A stretch of DNA of 64,000 bases, taken from Trichosphaerium sp. ATCC 40318 (Eukaryota; Protista; Tubulinea). Below are positions 61,150 through 64,000 of this stretch, in pieces. Where the stretch lies: contig JALMLS010000305.1 of assembly GCA_038496445.1 (NCBI GenBank), positions 1-64,000 of the forward strand, read 5' to 3'. Within the stretch, counting starts at the first letter, position 1. The number at the start of each line of letters is the position of its first letter. Under the pieces are notes generated by a model. It was not told the DNA's origin. It searched no databases and worked only from the letters and a program-made list of their open reading frames with translations. A program made the position numbers and the translations under genes.

Positions 61150-63742
61150 TTACCAATCAATCTTGAGAGGATAGTCGCCTGTGAAACAAGCGCTACAGTG
61201 TCCAGTAGACTCTAAAGAACAACTGTTATGCCAAAAAAAACTGAAGAAAGAAAAACAATGTAGTACCTGATGTTTCGAGGCCTTCACGGACAGCCTTTAG
61301 CATACCGTCATGAGATAAGTAACCAAGAGAATCAGCGCCAATATGTTTAGCTATTTCATCGATTGTTTTGGTGTGAGCGATGAGTTCCTTAAAGATTATT
61401 CAGCGAACACAAAAAGTAAACGTGACTAATGGTTTCATGTCCATACCTCCTTCTCTGAGATAGCAATACCCATGAAACATGGGTTTGTTACTGGAGGACT
61501 TGAAATACGAACATGTACTGATTTTGCACCTGCTGAACGTAATAACCGACATAGTTTGTTCAAGGTGTTTCCTAAAGTTAAACATCAAAAAAAAAATCCA
61601 AAAACCACAAAACTTCGCAGTACCTCTCACAATTGAGTCATCGATGACAATAATATCTCTTCCCTTTAGATTAGATACTAGTGGATTGTATTTAAGAGAT
61701 ATAGCATTCTTACGAAGCTCTTGACCAGGCTATAAAATAACAAACGTTACTTATAATTTTTTTTTGTATTGTACGCTTACTTGAATAAATGTACGACCAA
61801 TGTATCTGTTTTTACATAAACCTTCGTTGTACATGATACCTGTTTTTGCTGCATATCCGATAGCAGCTGGAATTGACGAATCAGGAACGCCCATAACCAT
61901 CTAAAGAAAGAGTAAGATGCTAAAGTCATCTTTTACAATTTCATAGAAAATAAAATATTGTTTGATTCATAAGGGCGTACCGATACTCCTTTTGGTGGTG
62001 GATGTTCAATAGCGAGCTGTATACCAAGTCTTTGTCTTACTGTATGTACAAGCTGATTTTCTAGAATTGAATCTGGTCGTGAAAAATAAACATATTCAAA
62101 AATGCAGAATGCTGTTTTCTTTGCAGGCTCTCTTCCAACAAATGACTTCAATCCTAATAAAAACAATCTCTTAGCATGCAAAAATAAAATGAATACCACA
62201 GGCAACAGCCTCAAAACAAAAGCAGCTACATGACACAAGAGAGCTTCGCATCGCGAAATGGTTTTTTGATTCTTTGAAAAGTTCAAATTGAATGCAAGTC
62301 TTTTGTCATTGAGCGTACCTGAGCTGTCTATTTTGAGTATTTCTCCTGGCCTGACCTCTCTTACATACTCAGCGCCTACAGTTTGAATAGCACAAGACTC
62401 TGAAGCAACAATGTAGCCTGCATCTTCAGGTAGACGCCCAATACATAGCGGTCTTAGACCATACATATCACGGGCTGCGTATACGGCATCTTTAGTCAGA
62501 ACAACGAGTGCGTAGGCACCTGGAGGTTGTGTTACTGTTTTAAATGTCTCGCAGGGCATGCACTACGGACCATCTGACTCATGCATCAAGGCAGAGATAC
62601 GTGATACCCAGTCAGGACCGTCCTTCTCTTTGTCTGGGATTGGTAAAGCCAACAGTTGCGCCATGACCTCAGAATCCGAGTTACGGAACATACCTAAGTA
62701 GAGGTTAATTAATACATACATAAGAACAAGATTTAAAGTAGTAACAGTCGAGGTTTTGCTACGTAAGAAACAAGGGAAAAAATTTTCTTTGAATGTTTTT
62801 CCGATACTCTTATCCCGCTATGACGTACCAACACCTCTGTTTAGTAGCTTTTTCCTTAGTACATCTCCTTTTGTCAACTATAGTATAGTTATAAGCGTTT
62901 TAAAGCGAAAAATACGCAAATCAAACAAACTGATGTGACATTTCTTATTTATGGATTAAGAATTTTCCATTGACGTACTTGGCCATTATGAGCTACACCA
63001 ATACGTCCCCAGTTTGTTTCGATCAAAAAAGGTTGACAATTTTCAAGGTTAGAAGCACCGAAAGTTGAATATCTCACGTGTCCAATTGCGTGGTTACCAA
63101 GCAAGTTCTTCATCTTATCTTCTGTAAATACCTTGATACAGAGCGTGAGTTTAAATAGGGAAAGGTTGTAGGCCAATATTATGGTTTGAATCGAAATGAT
63201 AGCGAAAATACGTTTTGGCGTAGCAAAAGGGTTTTTTGAGTTGGGTGGAGCGTAGTTTAGGTATTTAAAACGAGTTTACGTAAAAAGAAGCCCGAGAAAC
63301 AAAAAAGGGGCGAGATCTCGAATAAAATAATACGAAGAGTGGAATTGCCGGTTGCTTGTGTTTTATGGCCACAAACAAGAGTTTGTCGGGCAATTCTTTG
63401 GTATTACTCGATTTTTCTTTAAAAAGTGCTTGAACGCTTTTTTACGCGTTATACCTGTGATACAAGTCCCATTCCGCGTTCGTAAAACATTTCGTCATGG
63501 TGTTGTGACGCAATGCCGGCACTTTCTTGTCCTCTATGCTGTAACGCATAGAGAGCGAAAAAGGTAAGCCTAGCAGCATCTGTATTGTTCGTGTACACTC
63601 TACAAAATAAAACGTGTTAAAAACTTCTGATTATCGTTGCTAGCCCTTTTGAGCATTACCCGAAAACGCCACACTCATCTTGCGGTTTGTCTTCGTCTGT
63701 ATAGTTGATAGTTGGCTTTCTATGTATTTTTACAGACATCAT
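61150..63742 (-). CDS. PPAT: Amidophosphoribosyltransferase (glutamine PRPP amidotransferase)
   Basis: Propeptide then ECGVFG; GHVRYST; AHNG; RDMYGLRPL; [13 protein letters not shown]; VPDS; IDDSIVRG; [10 protein letters not shown]. Confidence 0.95.
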
Positions 63743-64000
63743 GGAATGCTGGAGTGCTTTTATGGCTTCTCAGAGAAGGAGAGAGGTAAAAAAGTCGCCA
63801 TGTCTGTTTTGGCGGTCACATTCTTTCTCATACATTTTCGGAAAAAACCGCGCAGTAGCCACTACGTAAACAGTTCAATTCGTACGGCATACGCAATGAT
63901 GGTACCTAAGGAGCTTAAATAGCGCTCCATCACAGTGAAGAAAGGTCTTTTCTGTCAAAACGGACTAGGGTGATACCGCGTAAGGGACTGAAATTCGCCA

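Overview
AT-rich, gene-dense eukaryotic DNA with many short (about 25-110 nt) spliceosomal introns, mostly GTACG/GTAAG...AG. The single-ORF track therefore shows only exon fragments, and the gene models below were spliced by eye. The gene content (a Dictyostelium-style frizzled/smoothened-like receptor, U12-type introns) suggests an amoebozoan-like protist, but this cannot be confirmed from the window. Bases ~0.6-10.5 kb look like a CACTA/EnSpm (CMC)-type DNA transposon carrying three co-oriented spliced genes, flanked by a mosaic of short-repeat blocks including TTAGGG-like repeats. The rest is host genes: an NHL-propeller/OSCA(TMEM63) fusion, PEX2, SMN, DUF389, eIF4E, two lipocalins, ITPK1-like, Fz/Smo-like GPCR, O-fucosyltransferase-like, TBC protein, C2 protein, methyltransferase-like, metallothionein, GDA1/CD39 NTPDase, surface proteins, an actin fragment, F-box/LRR and amidophosphoribosyltransferase. 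Top leads: (1) a signal peptide plus six NHL repeats spliced in frame onto an OSCA/TMEM63 mechanosensitive channel; (2) minor-spliceosome introns, one apparently ending in TG rather than AG; (3) a three-exon metallothionein preceded by four CAGGG-N3/4-CCCTG dyads; (4) an intronic 107-nt hairpin; (5) a TBC domain lacking both catalytic fingers.
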